A DNA stretch of 64,000 nt from Histomonas meleagridis 2922-C6/04-290x. Its lineage: Eukaryota; Protista; Parabasalia. This document shows positions 1 to 11,330 of this stretch, piece by piece. The position numbers and the translations under genes are program-made. The notes under the pieces were generated by a model. The model saw only the letters and a list, made by a program, of their open reading frames with translations. It was not told the origin of the DNA and ran no database searches. Each line of letters opens with the position of its first letter. The stretch's first letter is position 1. The stretch covers positions 434,001-498,000 of the forward strand of contig JAANOX010000126.1 in the NCBI GenBank assembly GCA_020184695.1. Direction: 5' to 3'.

Positions 1-1797
1 ATCAAAGTTTATTGATGATTCATTCGAATAAAAATTTGTTATTTCATTTATATTGTTTATCGCATTAAGAACTTCATCAGATGTTAAAAATAAATCACGA
101 AAATCAATTTGTGATAATAAATAATAAGGATTCATTGATTTTTGTGCTTCATTTAATGACTTAATTTTCGACGTTTGTCTTCCTAAAAATATACATGAAA
201 TTGGCGTTTTAGGAATACCTTTTTTCACATTTGATATATTTATAATCGAATTTAATAATGTATAATTGGAAGAAGTTTCTTTTTTAATTATATATATATA
301 ATTATAATTCGATTTATCAAATGTATTTCCATATTTATATAACGCAGTAAATATTTTTTGTTGTTTATTAAAATCAATATCAATGATATTAGCGAAACAA
401 AAATTAGTTAAATTATATAAATTATTTAAATCGATATTTAAAAAAACTATTAAATCATTTTGCATTATATTTTTATTATATATTTCAAGTGAAAATTTTA
501 AATGTTCAATATCATTATATAAATAAGAAGAAGCTATAGGTATTAAATTTTTAAGTTTTGTTTTATCATGAATTAATATTAATTCATCGCGTATTGATAT
601 CCATAAGTTATACGCGAGATTTGATTTATATAATATGAAAATATCAGTGAAATATTGATCAAAAGTTTGATATTGTAAACACATCGATGGAAGATATAAA
701 TTCGAGGAAAACAAATCAATAATAAATTCCTTATCAAAATATGATGAATTTAATCCAAGAAATTTACTAAATTCTGGTGTTGCACATGGATTATTAATGT
801 CATTATTCGAATAACTCGAAATATTGGCTTGAATTCGTAATAAATAACTTCGAAACTTTCGTTCATATGGTTGAATGTATGTGAATATTGTCGATATTAG
901 TTCATGGAAATATTGCGTATCAAAAATTCGAAGTGTTAAAAATATGCATAATGGAAATGACTTACCAAATATGGCTGTAACACATGAAGTCAATCCAAGA
1001 ATTCGAAAAATGTAATTTTTGAATAGTTGATGCAAAATAACCGTTTTTTCTTGTTGTTTTTTAAATTCTTTGATGATGTCAACTGAATGAAGAAGTAAAT
1101 CACTAACAAAATGCCCTTTATCTTTTGATTGCTCAATTTGTTTGGAAAAATTTGCAATATGAGGTGAATAATTAATATAGTTGGTGAGAATGTTAAATCC
1201 AAAAAGATTAATAATTCTTCCAACTTCAGGTTGATCGTAAAATCCAAAACAAAGTTCATAAAAACGAAATACATTTGACTCAAAATCAAGATGAATTGAT
1301 AAGGGATATTTCTTACCATAAGAAAGTTCTATGTGTTTTTGAATTAAGTTGAAGTTTAGCTTCATTGTTTTAGGTGATTTTTCATAAAATTCAAAATCAT
1401 AAATAATTAGAATCAATGATAAAATTACAAAAATCGCATGAATTTCATCAGGTTGCGAATGACATTCAAGCATTGGTAAAATAAAATTCTCTAAAAGTTG
1501 ATAATTTTTAAACATTTTTAATGATTGGTTATATATATATGATGAATTTTGTTGTAAATTTGATATATTTAATTCAACTAGTTCATCAACTATGATTGGT
1601 TGGTGGTAAGAGTTTGCTAAGCGAATAATTTTATCACTATAATTTGATTCTAATTGATCTTGTTTTTGTATGAAATAATTAAAAAATTCGACTCCATTAA
1701 TTGATGATTGTTGATATAGTAAAACCCCTATCTTTATCTTATCTGATTCTGTGAGTTGTGTTTCGGACTTTGTTATTTCGTTCAGAAGTCCCTCCAT
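1..1797 (-). CDS. Hypothetical protein, 3' partial (at least 599 aa, runs off the window edge)
   Basis: ATG at 1797 (MEGLLNEITKSETQLTES...). Frame read by hand stays open to position 1. Absent from the ORF track because it has no stop in the window. Confidence 0.75.
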   Translation of the reverse strand, partial: MEGLLNEITKSETQLTESDKIKIGVLLYQQSSINGVEFFNYFIQKQDQLESNYSDKIIRLANSYHQPIIVDELVELNISNLQQNSSYIYNQSLKMFKNYQLLENFILPMLECHSQPDEIHAIFVILSLILIIYDFEFYEKSPKTMKLNFNLIQKHIELSYGKKYPLSIHLDFESNVFRFYELCFGFYDQPEVGRIINLFGFNILTNYINYSPHIANFSKQIEQSKDKGHFVSDLLLHSVDIIKEFKKQQEKTVILHQLFKNYIFRILGLTSCVTAIFGKSFPLCIFLTLRIFDTQYFHELISTIFTYIQPYERKFRSYLLRIQANISSYSNNDINNPCATPEFSKFLGLNSSYFDKEFIIDLFSSNLYLPSMCLQYQTFDQYFTDIFILYKSNLAYNLWISIRDELILIHDKTKLKNLIPIASSYLYNDIEHLKFSLEIYNKNIMQNDLIVFLNIDLNNLYNLTNFCFANIIDIDFNKQQKIFTALYKYGNTFDKSNYNYIYIIKKETSSNYTLLNSIINISNVKKGIPKTPISCIFLGRQTSKIKSLNEAQKSMNPYYLLSQIDFRDLFLTSDEVLNAINNINEITNFYSNESSINFD

Positions 1798-1919
1798 TTA
1801 GGAGCTTGACCGTTTATTTATTCCTCAAATAAATTTCTTAATAATTATCATTTTAAATCAATCGGATCTATATAAATGCACACATTCTTGTCTAACAGAT
1901 TCCTTTAATTGTTGTTTTA

Positions 1920-2117
1920 TTGTTAACAGGATATTTATTGCCAAAAACCTTCTCTATCCAATTAGACGTTCTTAAAAATATAGGTACTAGTACCAAAGCA
2001 TGTGTAGCTATTAATAATGTCCAAGCTCTTTTAAAGAAGGTTTTACAGGTTATAATGAATCACATTCATGTTTTCCATAAATGGAAATCTGTTCTTGGTT
2101 CTCTAAGGGCACTATAA
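1920..2117 (+). pseudogene. Possible DDE_1 transposase relic
   Basis: YLLPKTFSIQLDV resembles the P-x-H-T-S-x-x-x-Q-P-L-D-V motif seen in the element at 56713. No TIRs found. Confidence 0.25.
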
Positions 2118-3136
2118 ATTTATAATATGAAAGATTTATGCATTGACGATGAAGCATTAAGTTTTTCATGTACTTGGTCTTCAGCTTAAGGTATGGTTTG
2201 CCAACCAATTGGGATCAAAAGTGAAAAGTTAAGCACCAAAAAAATTGCAAAAATCCAATACGAAATTTCGCATTAATGCCCCATCATTATATAGAATCAA
2301 AGAGCTCTTTTCTATGCTTTTCGAATTGGAACAGCTTCGTCACAAGTGTTCTTACATATGAAAACTCAATTATAAAAGAGAAAAAAACTATTCCAATTCG
2401 CAGGAATCTAATCATCAAAATACTCCAACATTTCATTTGTAAAAATGGCCTTCGTCTAATAAAAGCAGCATTTTTGCCATGACTAGTTAAAAAAAGTTTT
2501 GCTCAACCCAAAATTAAAATCTTTGTAATTAATGTTTATATGTGGGATAAAAGGAAAAGTTGTAAAAACATTAATATAACGATAATATCCTGTAAAACAT
2601 AAAGTTTCATTTATATATTCATAATTTCCATTTCTAATTATATATGCAATTAAATCAAATTTGATATTAGAATTACCTTGACTTTGATAAATTGTTAATA
2701 GTTAAATAACCGTTAATATTTGAGCACCAAAAAAATTCAAAGCACAGAAATTTTCAGAATAACGATAAATATTTTGAATATCATGAGGAAACCGCCGGCG
2801 TTTTAAAGTGTATCGTCGATGTAAAGTACTTATTTCATTCAATTTTGAACTCGAGTTCAAACCCCATATAAACCTTTGAAAGAATTTTTGCCAAATCAAA
2901 ATTAAAATTCCAACAAGTCAAGTGATTAATATTTGGAGTTGTCAAACGTCTCGTTTTTGTCATCATCCGAATTAAACAGAATCATTATTAATTTTTCAAT
3001 TGAAAAATCTAGACTTTCTATATAAATTAATATGTTTTACTTTAACAACATTAACAAAGAGATGTATAATTATGTTCGCTTTTTGTTCTAAGCCATCATT
3101 TTTCATAACATTGTGTGATGTTATGAGATACCCACC

Positions 3137-3475
3137 TTATTGGAAACCAATGTCCCACTGGGATTTAAGTTCTTCAACCATATCATGAACTTCAATAGGT
3201 TCTCCAAGGAAATTCATGTTATTAAAAATATCTGTATCAAAGAATTCAGGAAATTGGAAGTCATTAAAATTAACCTGTTTATCATTGATGTTTTGTTGTA
3301 CTTTCTCAAGTGGTGGTATTGGGTCATTTGGGTTTTCGAGGATATAAGGTTTAATTTTCCCATTCTCTTTTATAATATTCCCCTTTTGATCTAAATAATA
3401 TATTTCTTTATTGTTGTCATTGTGGAATGTGATGAAGTGTGCTTTTATGTGCCTTGTTGGTCTGCCTGGCTTCAT
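3137..3475 (-). CDS. Hypothetical protein (112 aa)
   Basis: ATG-initiated ORF with protein-like composition; no recognised domain. Confidence 0.55.
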   Translation of the reverse strand: MKPGRPTRHIKAHFITFHNDNNKEIYYLDQKGNIIKENGKIKPYILENPNDPIPPLEKVQQNINDKQVNFNDFQFPEFFDTDIFNNMNFLGEPIEVHDMVEELKSQWDIGFQ

Positions 3476-3943
3476 GCCGAATGGGAATTGTTATTTGAAT
3501 TGACCAAACAAATATAAAGTACTCAAAAATGAGATTTTCGTTCAATTTTGAGTAAGGGGATTGGGCTCATTTGAATTTTGAATTATCAATGGCTTGAAAA
3601 AAATTAAAACTTCAATTGAAATTTTTAACAAAAACTCCAAAAAATGCTAACTCACATCACACAAAGAATACAAAATGGGTATTATATAACTCTCCCATGT
3701 TTCAAACATTATGAGGAAGTGTAATAAATCCATTTTTTCAAGTTAATTAAATATAACGGAAAAGAAGAAAAATTGCCGTATCAACAAAAATCAAAATAAT
3801 TTCGAGGAAAATACAAACATCTGTAATTAAGTTCATAAATAAAGGTTGGAGCTTATAAAGTAATATAATCAAACAAAACGTGAGTGATAGTAAAGGACAA
3901 TGTATTCAAGTTGATTTTATTGATTAATAAAACAATAAACTAT

Positions 3944-4372
3944 CTATACTTCTGTTGAAACATGGATTGGTGATTTGTCAATGTGCTTTTGGAGACGAGA
4001 AACAACACTTTTGAGTCGTTTCTCCCATTCTTCTTCAAGAGAAGAGGATTTTTCTTTGTACTGTTTGTCAACCCAATTCCTTAAGTCCAGTGCAATATAA
4101 CCGATTAAAGAATCTTTGTTATTGAATAATACTGCATTATCACAAATCAGATAAAGATCATCAATAAAATCCTTTACCTCAAGATATTGATTGCTTGTAA
4201 GCTTTTTGCGCATTGTACTAAAGTCCATTGGATTTTTGATTATGTCGTAATAATTTTCTGCACCATCACGAACAGGATCAACAGGATTCCTAAAAGGTAT
4301 TGTTATTTTCCATTTTCCAAGATCAGTTAAGATTTTATCGCACCAGATTTTGTCATAGTCGGTCAAAGGCAT
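3944..4372 (-). CDS. Bromodomain-containing protein
   Basis: PFRNPVDP..YYDIIKNPMDFSTMRKKL..Y..FIDDLYLICDNAVLFN motifs. First ATG at 4372. Confidence 0.92.
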   Translation of the reverse strand: MPLTDYDKIWCDKILTDLGKWKITIPFRNPVDPVRDGAENYYDIIKNPMDFSTMRKKLTSNQYLEVKDFIDDLYLICDNAVLFNNKDSLIGYIALDLRNWVDKQYKEKSSSLEEEWEKRLKSVVSRLQKHIDKSPIHVSTEV

Positions 4373-4734
4373 TGGAACTATTTTCTCACAAAAAATATTC
4401 GACAATTTAATTTCAAAGAAAATAAAAATGTTGTTTATGAGCTAAAAATAGCAATTTATACTTAAATTATGTTAATTTTCATTGATCTTTTGGTTGCGTT
4501 TTTGTTCGTAATCCAATTTCATAGCAAACACATTTTACTAACCATAAAATAAGTTCTATATGAGTTTTTATATTATAAAAGCACTTAAAATATCTTAATT
4601 TGTCTTTTTCATTTCTAAAATTAAACATTTGAAACAACTGTCTCCATACGATGGTGGACAAAATAGATATTAAAAATCGTCAAATTTGAATATTTCATCA
4701 ATTTGATTTGTTGATTTGATGAGTTATCAAAATT

Positions 4735-5070
4735 TCATTTCAAAGCATTCAACAAATTTGCCTCATGCCTTTGGGTTTTCTCTTTTATTGCATCTTGATA
4801 ATTTTGGAATTGTTTTTTTAATTCAACATTGTTCATTGCAAAAAGGTTGTCAATTTTCTCAATATCATGAGAATATATCGTACTTAATGGAGAAGGAATA
4901 TAACGCCCATTTTTTACATCTTCATTAATTGGTTTAGTTGCTTCTAATAAATTATTTGCCCTTTGTTCAAGAACTTCACATTCCTTTACTTTACGCTCAA
5001 GGTCTTTCTTCATTTCGTTTAACTTTTTCCCCATTTGTTGGTTAAAAACTTCAACATCAGGGAAATCCAT
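4735..5070 (-). CDS. Small coiled-coil hypothetical protein
   Basis: ATG ORF of 111 aa, K/E-rich heptads. Confidence 0.65.
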   Translation of the reverse strand: MDFPDVEVFNQQMGKKLNEMKKDLERKVKECEVLEQRANNLLEATKPINEDVKNGRYIPSPLSTIYSHDIEKIDNLFAMNNVELKKQFQNYQDAIKEKTQRHEANLLNALK

Positions 5071-5243
5071 TTTGTCCAGTTTGAAAATGTAAAGTACACA
5101 AAGTACGAAACCAACCGTAAAATAAATAAATGGTTTACTTCAATAAATGAAAGGTTTATTTTGTAGTGGAAAGAAGGATTTATCCCTTTGTTCATAACAT
5201 CTTTCTCTTTTTTAAATACTCAATCAAGATGAATCTTGTTATT

Positions 5244-5534
5244 TCACTCATCATTTGGGAAAAACTCTGATTGAACAATTAAATCAATAAATTCATCACA
5301 TGTTTCTTCGAGAAGATTTGCTGTTTGTTTCACTATATTTTCTGTTATTACATCTGCGAGCTTGTCAAGGAGGGGGCCTGAATAAAAGTAAGGATCTTTC
5401 CATATTTGCTCGTTTTGAATCATTGAATATTTAGAATAATCATCTTTCTGTCGTTGAATACGCTCAATTTTTTGTCTAGATAATCCTCCTTTTCTTTTAA
5501 TTGGTGTCTGCTCAGTAATTTCCTTAAAATCCAT
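5244..5534 (-). CDS. Hypothetical protein (96 aa)
   Basis: ATG ORF with protein-like composition. Confidence 0.6.
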   Translation of the reverse strand: MDFKEITEQTPIKRKGGLSRQKIERIQRQKDDYSKYSMIQNEQIWKDPYFYSGPLLDKLADVITENIVKQTANLLEETCDEFIDLIVQSEFFPNDE

Positions 5535-6654
5535 TTTACTTTTGTATTTTTAAACGTGTGCATTTGGGGTGAGTCAAATCAAAGTGCAACGTTATGGGCA
5601 AAAAATATCAGTTGTTCCTCGTGCTTATAATGTAAGGGAAGATCCTCCACCATAAATAATACCAGAAGTTCAAATACCAAAAAACTTAAACCAATTTTTT
5701 TTTCTAATGGATTCCGGAAACATTTAAAGGCTTAATCAACACATTTCAACCATTGAATAAAATCTCAGCGCCAATGTCTAAACTTCAACGTTAATTACAT
5801 TGCTGGCTAGCAAAGAATAATCCAATCAGTAGGACCATAAAACTATATCAACTTCAACACTCTTCACATGCCGCCCCTCACGAGCTCTCTTTCAAAGGCA
5901 CATGACGCAGATTAAGATCTTAATCAAAAATTAAAGTTCCATTAATAATGGGTACAATTTGTTTAACCAATACATGTACAATTTAGTTATAAAATACCTA
6001 ACAATTTTAAGTATGTTGTGCATACCATGAACAATTGAGAAACAACAATTAAAGTTTTGTCGATTTCAAATCCATGATATATTACATAAATTACCATATC
6101 CACCTGATTTTGGATCTTGACCTTTATTTGTTGGTCATTATCAATTTCAACATGAACAATTTTGTAATTAATGTTGCTAATGCTTGATGAACATTAATAT
6201 TTTTGTGCGATGAAGATTCGTAGAAAATAAAGTTCTTTTTTGCTGTGTTCATTTTTGTAGATATTTCTCTCATTTCTTCATAAACACATTTTAATCATAT
6301 AAGCATTATTGTAACATTTTGTTTGCTGTTTTTATTGTGTTTTTACCATTTTGGAATAGCCATAATAGTGGGTTGTTGGGGAAATTAACACAAAGCTAAA
6401 TTTTTTAGAAGCTATTTTTTTCACCAATATCTTCATATTCTTTTCCACATTTTTAACCAAAGATCTTTTAATTTGTATAATAAAACTTCCAATTTTAAAG
6501 GTTTGATAAGAATTTTTTTTATTGACATAATTTCAATGTATGCTGATACAAAAAATCGTTTAAAATCATTAAATTTATTCAATGTATCAAATTCTTTGAA
6601 TATATTTATCATCATTTTATAGCAAACAGAATAGAAGGGGAAAAAATCTGAATT

Positions 6655-7452
6655 TTAGAATCCATAAAACTGTCGGCAGTTTTCTCTTATTGTTATGAAC
6701 GCAGTTTTTTCGTCGACGTTATGAATCTCGGCCATCTTCTTAATGATGACGGGTATGTATCCTGGGTTTGAAGCCTTACCGCGGTACGGAACAGGCGCCA
6801 TGTAAGGCCCATCTGTTTCTGACAATAATCGATTTAATGGAACTTTTTTACATGATTCACGAACCAAGTTCGACTTTGGAAATGTTAAAACACCGGTGAA
6901 GCCAAAGTAAGCGTTTGTCCATTTTTCTAAAATCTTTTCAACAAGCCATGGAGAATCAGTATAACAATGAATGTGAACTTTGTGATCTTTTGGTATGGCA
7001 CGTTCAAAAACTTCAAGCGTGTCCTTTTCTGCCTCTCTTGTGTGAACAACTATTGGCATACCAAGATCGACTGCAAGTCGACATTGCCTTTCAAAAATGG
7101 CCATTTGGACATCTCGAGGTGAGTTATCATAATGGTAATCAAGTCCAATCTCTCCAAGTGCTATGACACGTGGATTCTGAAGATGTTTTTTAAGACATTC
7201 TTCAAGTTCATCATTATATGAAATAGCATTGTGAGGATGTATTCCTAGAGCTCCCCATATTTTAGGGTTTCCTTGGTCAATAAAATTCAAAGCTCCATCA
7301 AATGAATCACTGAAAACAGTTAAACATCCTGCAAATCCTGGTGGAAAAGTTTTTGCATACTCTTCAAAAGGCCAATTGAGAGGCTTTTTGATCCTTTGGT
7401 AAATGGAATCTAAGTGTGTATGAGTATCAACATATTCGAAAATTTCGGCCAT
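6655..7452 (-). CDS. tatD: TatD-family deoxyribonuclease
   Basis: DTHTH, GIHPH, GEIGLDY, VVHTREA, HCYT, SETDGPY motifs. Confidence 0.95.
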   Translation of the reverse strand: MAEIFEYVDTHTHLDSIYQRIKKPLNWPFEEYAKTFPPGFAGCLTVFSDSFDGALNFIDQGNPKIWGALGIHPHNAISYNDELEECLKKHLQNPRVIALGEIGLDYHYDNSPRDVQMAIFERQCRLAVDLGMPIVVHTREAEKDTLEVFERAIPKDHKVHIHCYTDSPWLVEKILEKWTNAYFGFTGVLTFPKSNLVRESCKKVPLNRLLSETDGPYMAPVPYRGKASNPGYIPVIIKKMAEIHNVDEKTAFITIRENCRQFYGF

Positions 7453-7482
7453 TTTTTTTACTTTTCATATCACATTTCACGT

Positions 7483-8109
7483 ATGGAAACAAGACAAAAT
7501 TCTCTTAAAATTCTGAGTGAAAATAATATAAAATTAACGAAAGAAGTGCCCTTGCTAGATGCAAGCACATTCAAAATTAGATCTACTGAGCAAATGCTTC
7601 ATCGAGCTATTGCTTTATACATAATTGGAACATATTCGGACAATTTATTGCAAAATTGCCCAGTCAAAGATGCTCAAAAATTTGTTCAAAAGTTTATCAC
7701 AAGATATAACAGCGAAGATTTCTTTTCACCAAAAGAGAAAGAATTTTATGACAACCCAAATCCTTCACAAAATGAAATAGGCTTTATTTGTTGGCGCTGG
7801 GAAAGTCTATATGTACTTCTGTGGTGTCTTGGGCTTATTGAAAACATTGGAATTCCCAAAAATCCATGCGAAGTTTTCCAATGCAGTCGTCCATTTTCTA
7901 AATATCGTTTTACACATGATTTAACAGCTGCCATGAAGCCAAGAACGGCTGAGGAGATAATTGGTAAGAAAGATCTTGTGCTTTGTTGCATGGAATCTGA
8001 AGAAAAAGATTCATTTGACTTGGGAGTCATAACCGGATGGAATAACATTCTCGACTGGATACTTAATAATGATAAGGAATGGGACGTAATAACACCACCT
8101 CCTCAATAA
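7483..8109 (+). CDS. DUF4272-like protein
   Basis: RAIAL...F.SPKEKEF...WRWESLYVLLWCLGL pattern recalled for DUF4272. First ATG at 7483. Confidence 0.7.
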   Translation: METRQNSLKILSENNIKLTKEVPLLDASTFKIRSTEQMLHRAIALYIIGTYSDNLLQNCPVKDAQKFVQKFITRYNSEDFFSPKEKEFYDNPNPSQNEIGFICWRWESLYVLLWCLGLIENIGIPKNPCEVFQCSRPFSKYRFTHDLTAAMKPRTAEEIIGKKDLVLCCMESEEKDSFDLGVITGWNNILDWILNNDKEWDVITPPPQ

Positions 8110-8508
8110 TAAAAATAAAATTTTTAATTAAAATCATTTTCAAAAATATCCAAATTGAATTTGATCAAATGCATGCGCGTTCATATTTTTGTTGAAGCCA
8201 CAACATTTTGATTTATACTGGAAAAGAAATTCAATCAAGTGATGATTTGATAAATTCATTTCTTTTGGCGATTTTTTTATTTGGCATATAATGTTTTAAT
8301 GATAGTTTTTTAGTCAAAACAAATGAAAACCATTTATATTCTTACGGATAAGGAAGTGCATATAGGTCTTAATTGCATAACTAAATTTTTTTTGATCTTA
8401 AGAGCATACTTAAAATTAAAAATTTATTGATACAAAATTAAAAATCGCTTATTATTTTTTCATAGTCTTCGGTTGAGAAAAAAATAATAGCTGTTTACAG
8501 CTAACATG

Positions 8509-8886
8509 TTAAGAATTTTCTTTTGATTTTCTTCGAGATTCTACTTCATGAACCAATGCTATCATTTCTTGCTTCTTATCAGATACTTTTTGCTTTATAT
8601 CTGCTTTTTTGAGTTCAGCCTCTGTAAGAAGATGAAGTAAAATTTCACATTTTATCCTAAGTTCTTCATTCTTTTCTTTTAAATTTTGTAATTCTTTTTG
8701 GGAAATTTTGGTATTGCCCGTATCTGATATTTTTTTGTTGGTCCAAAAATTGTTTTCCCAAGTTAAACATGTATCAGCAATATTTAATGAAATTGGGATA
8801 TTGGAATTCCAGTATTTTGTTATATTGAATGTCTGAAATTTCTTCTTTTTACTACTTGGTTTTGTCCATTTCGCAACTCCTTTCAT
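8509..8886 (-). CDS. Chibby-like basal body protein
   Basis: LNIADTCLTWENNFW followed by coiled coil LKEKNEELRIKCEILLHLLTE. ATG at 8886. Confidence 0.65.
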   Translation of the reverse strand: MKGVAKWTKPSSKKKKFQTFNITKYWNSNIPISLNIADTCLTWENNFWTNKKISDTGNTKISQKELQNLKEKNEELRIKCEILLHLLTEAELKKADIKQKVSDKKQEMIALVHEVESRRKSKENS

Positions 8887-8943
8887 GATTTCTTGATTAA
8901 AAAAAATTGAGGTACTCCAAAAGTACGTTTTGAAATCCAATAA

Positions 8944-10845
8944 ATGGATGTAATCTTTCGAAACAAACTTCTTGCAGAGTATTCACGTGCAGATTTAGAA
9001 GAAGAATTTATTCGGTGTTGTGAAGAATTAGATCAAAAAGCAAAAGAAATCAATAAGCTAGAAAATCAATCTCGATTCTATGACAAAAAATTCGATAGAT
9101 TAAATCAAGATATTGAAGATTTAACAAAAGTTCCAGTATGTTTTGATGGAGCACATGCACCAACAGCATTTCGACAATCTCAAGCTATTGTAAAAAAATT
9201 ACAAGATCAAATCAGCGAATTAGAAATTGAACTTGCACAAAAGCAAGCAAAGCGAAATCGCATAGCAGATGAAGTTAAATATTTCAAATCGTTACTCAGT
9301 TTTCCTGCAAAACGATTGAAAAATACCACAAAAACACAAAAAAAGACAGTTGACGAATTAATAAAAATGTTAACATATTTATTAACGCATAACCTTGTTG
9401 AACCAGAGATGATTCCAAGGGTTGAAGCAGCAATTGAAATATTAAAAAGAAATTTCGAAGCTGCAATATCACCTTTAAGAGAGCTCGCAGACCTTTTCGG
9501 ACTTAACTGTCCATTGTTTGATGTTTTTGATAAACTTCAAGAAATTAAAGATAGAGATTCTAAGATTGAGGCTCTTCGACAAAAACTTGCAGAGCTTCGA
9601 CAACGTAATGATGAAATGGCTAAGGAACATCAACGAATGCTTGAACAATATAAAGAAGAAGCGGATCAAAATTCCAAGAAATACAAAGATATGATGAACA
9701 TGCAAAATGAAAAAGAAGTTCTTGAAGCAGATTTAACTCGCCTTCAAGAGCTCCAAATCATTCTTAATGGGCTTAAAAATGAAATAAAGCTTATTGAAGA
9801 ACAGATTGAGAAACTTAAGAAAGAAAACGAAGAAAATGCAAAACGGTTAAAGGGGCACCTCGAAGAATCCGTTAACAAACTTTTAGAAGAATTAAAAGCT
9901 TTAATTGACCACAACACTGCTTTAAGAGCATCAAATAGCAATATCCAAAAAGAAGAAGAAAACATAGAGAAACAATATGGAGACGCAAGAGATCGTGCTC
10001 TGGAAATTGAAAAATTATCACAACAACTTCAAAATGAATATATGAGTCTTCGAACATATTTCACCAAAATGCTTTCTGGCACCAACAGAGATCCATTTGA
10101 AAATAAGAAATTTGAAGACTTTTTAATTCAAATGTCTAATAAAGAATGGAAATTCGAAACGATTCAACAATATAATGATGACATCGAGCAACTCAATGTT
10201 CGTAAGGATCTCATTACAGAAAAATTAGAAAAATACGAAACAATCCAAACAACATTACAAGATAAACTCAAAAGCATATCACAAGTTGTTTCAAGTATGG
10301 AATCCACTGTCGCAGAAATGCAACTTGATAACGCTAAACCTCCTCCAACGACTCAAGAAGTCAAACAACAAGATTATTTGGAATGTTTACCGCACGTTCA
10401 ATTCAACCAAAAACAAGTTGTGGAACTCGCTGACGATGAAACTGCGATAATGTTAACATTTTTGGATTTCCATCTTGCAGATGGATTAATTCGATCACCA
10501 AAATCCAAAATTTTCCTTGTAATTGACTTTTACACTAATAAAAGCCAATCAACAACTTATGTATCGCCATCTGATGGTACATTTGATTGTAGTGTCATGT
10601 TTCCATGTGTTAATGATTCGCAATTGCGCGATTATGTTGAACATGGAACAGTTCAAGTCCAATTGTACGCTGCGCGTGGAGTACAATATGACGAAATCGG
10701 ATCGTCTGAGTTTTCGATCCAGCCATTCGCAAATGGTATCGATTCTTTTGCATCAAAATTTACGTTGAAATCGAAAAAAACAAATAAAGAAGTGGGAACT
10801 GTTGAATATGAGGCACAACTTTATATACCTCTTATTGAAAAATAA
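8944..10845 (+). CDS. RPGRIP1/RPGRIP1L-like coiled-coil plus C2 transition-zone protein
   Basis: Long coiled coil, then C2-like domain (FLVIDFY...DGTFDCSVMFPCVNDSQLRDYVEHGTVQVQLY). Confidence 0.7.
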   Translation: MDVIFRNKLLAEYSRADLEEEFIRCCEELDQKAKEINKLENQSRFYDKKFDRLNQDIEDLTKVPVCFDGAHAPTAFRQSQAIVKKLQDQISELEIELAQKQAKRNRIADEVKYFKSLLSFPAKRLKNTTKTQKKTVDELIKMLTYLLTHNLVEPEMIPRVEAAIEILKRNFEAAISPLRELADLFGLNCPLFDVFDKLQEIKDRDSKIEALRQKLAELRQRNDEMAKEHQRMLEQYKEEADQNSKKYKDMMNMQNEKEVLEADLTRLQELQIILNGLKNEIKLIEEQIEKLKKENEENAKRLKGHLEESVNKLLEELKALIDHNTALRASNSNIQKEEENIEKQYGDARDRALEIEKLSQQLQNEYMSLRTYFTKMLSGTNRDPFENKKFEDFLIQMSNKEWKFETIQQYNDDIEQLNVRKDLITEKLEKYETIQTTLQDKLKSISQVVSSMESTVAEMQLDNAKPPPTTQEVKQQDYLECLPHVQFNQKQVVELADDETAIMLTFLDFHLADGLIRSPKSKIFLVIDFYTNKSQSTTYVSPSDGTFDCSVMFPCVNDSQLRDYVEHGTVQVQLYAARGVQYDEIGSSEFSIQPFANGIDSFASKFTLKSKKTNKEVGTVEYEAQLYIPLIEK

Positions 10846-11330
10846 AATGTGTTTTATGGTTATAATAAAATTGTTATTAAAATTCTTTCTATTACAAGTT
10901 TTTTTAAATTGTTAACGAAAAAATTTTATAAAATTTTAAGCTGAATTAGCGTATCAAAAATTCTATGAAACTTGTTGACATTTTGGATAATGCGAGGTTT
11001 ACGCAAACCGTCTTCATAAAATGATGATTTTTGGGCGAATTTATTAAACACCATGGTGAGACCCCAAGACTTATGACCGTGTCAGGTTAAGATTAACTGG
11101 TGATTTACATAATTCAAATGAGAATAAAACTTTTGCATAAAGTTTACAAAACAAAGAAATGTGTAATGAAATATGGTTCTTAACGTGTTCCTATTGTTCC
11201 GTTGAGCCTTTTGCAGCAGTTGAAGCTTGGCGTACCTAATAAATCAGATAATTTACAAATCTTTAAAAATCTCGAAACAATTGTTTTTAACATAAGTAAG
11301 GAAAATGTAGAGTTTTCTGTGGAACAAACC

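Noticed and set aside
5580-6100. GC-richer patch that might be a gene or element relic
   Set aside because: No ORF, terminal repeats or recognisable motif could be supported.
10980-11230. Structured ncRNA (ATGATGA box C-like) or Tc1 transposase relic (ILDNARF)
   Set aside because: No properly placed CTGA box D or terminal stem; the protein motifs are too short and in different frames.
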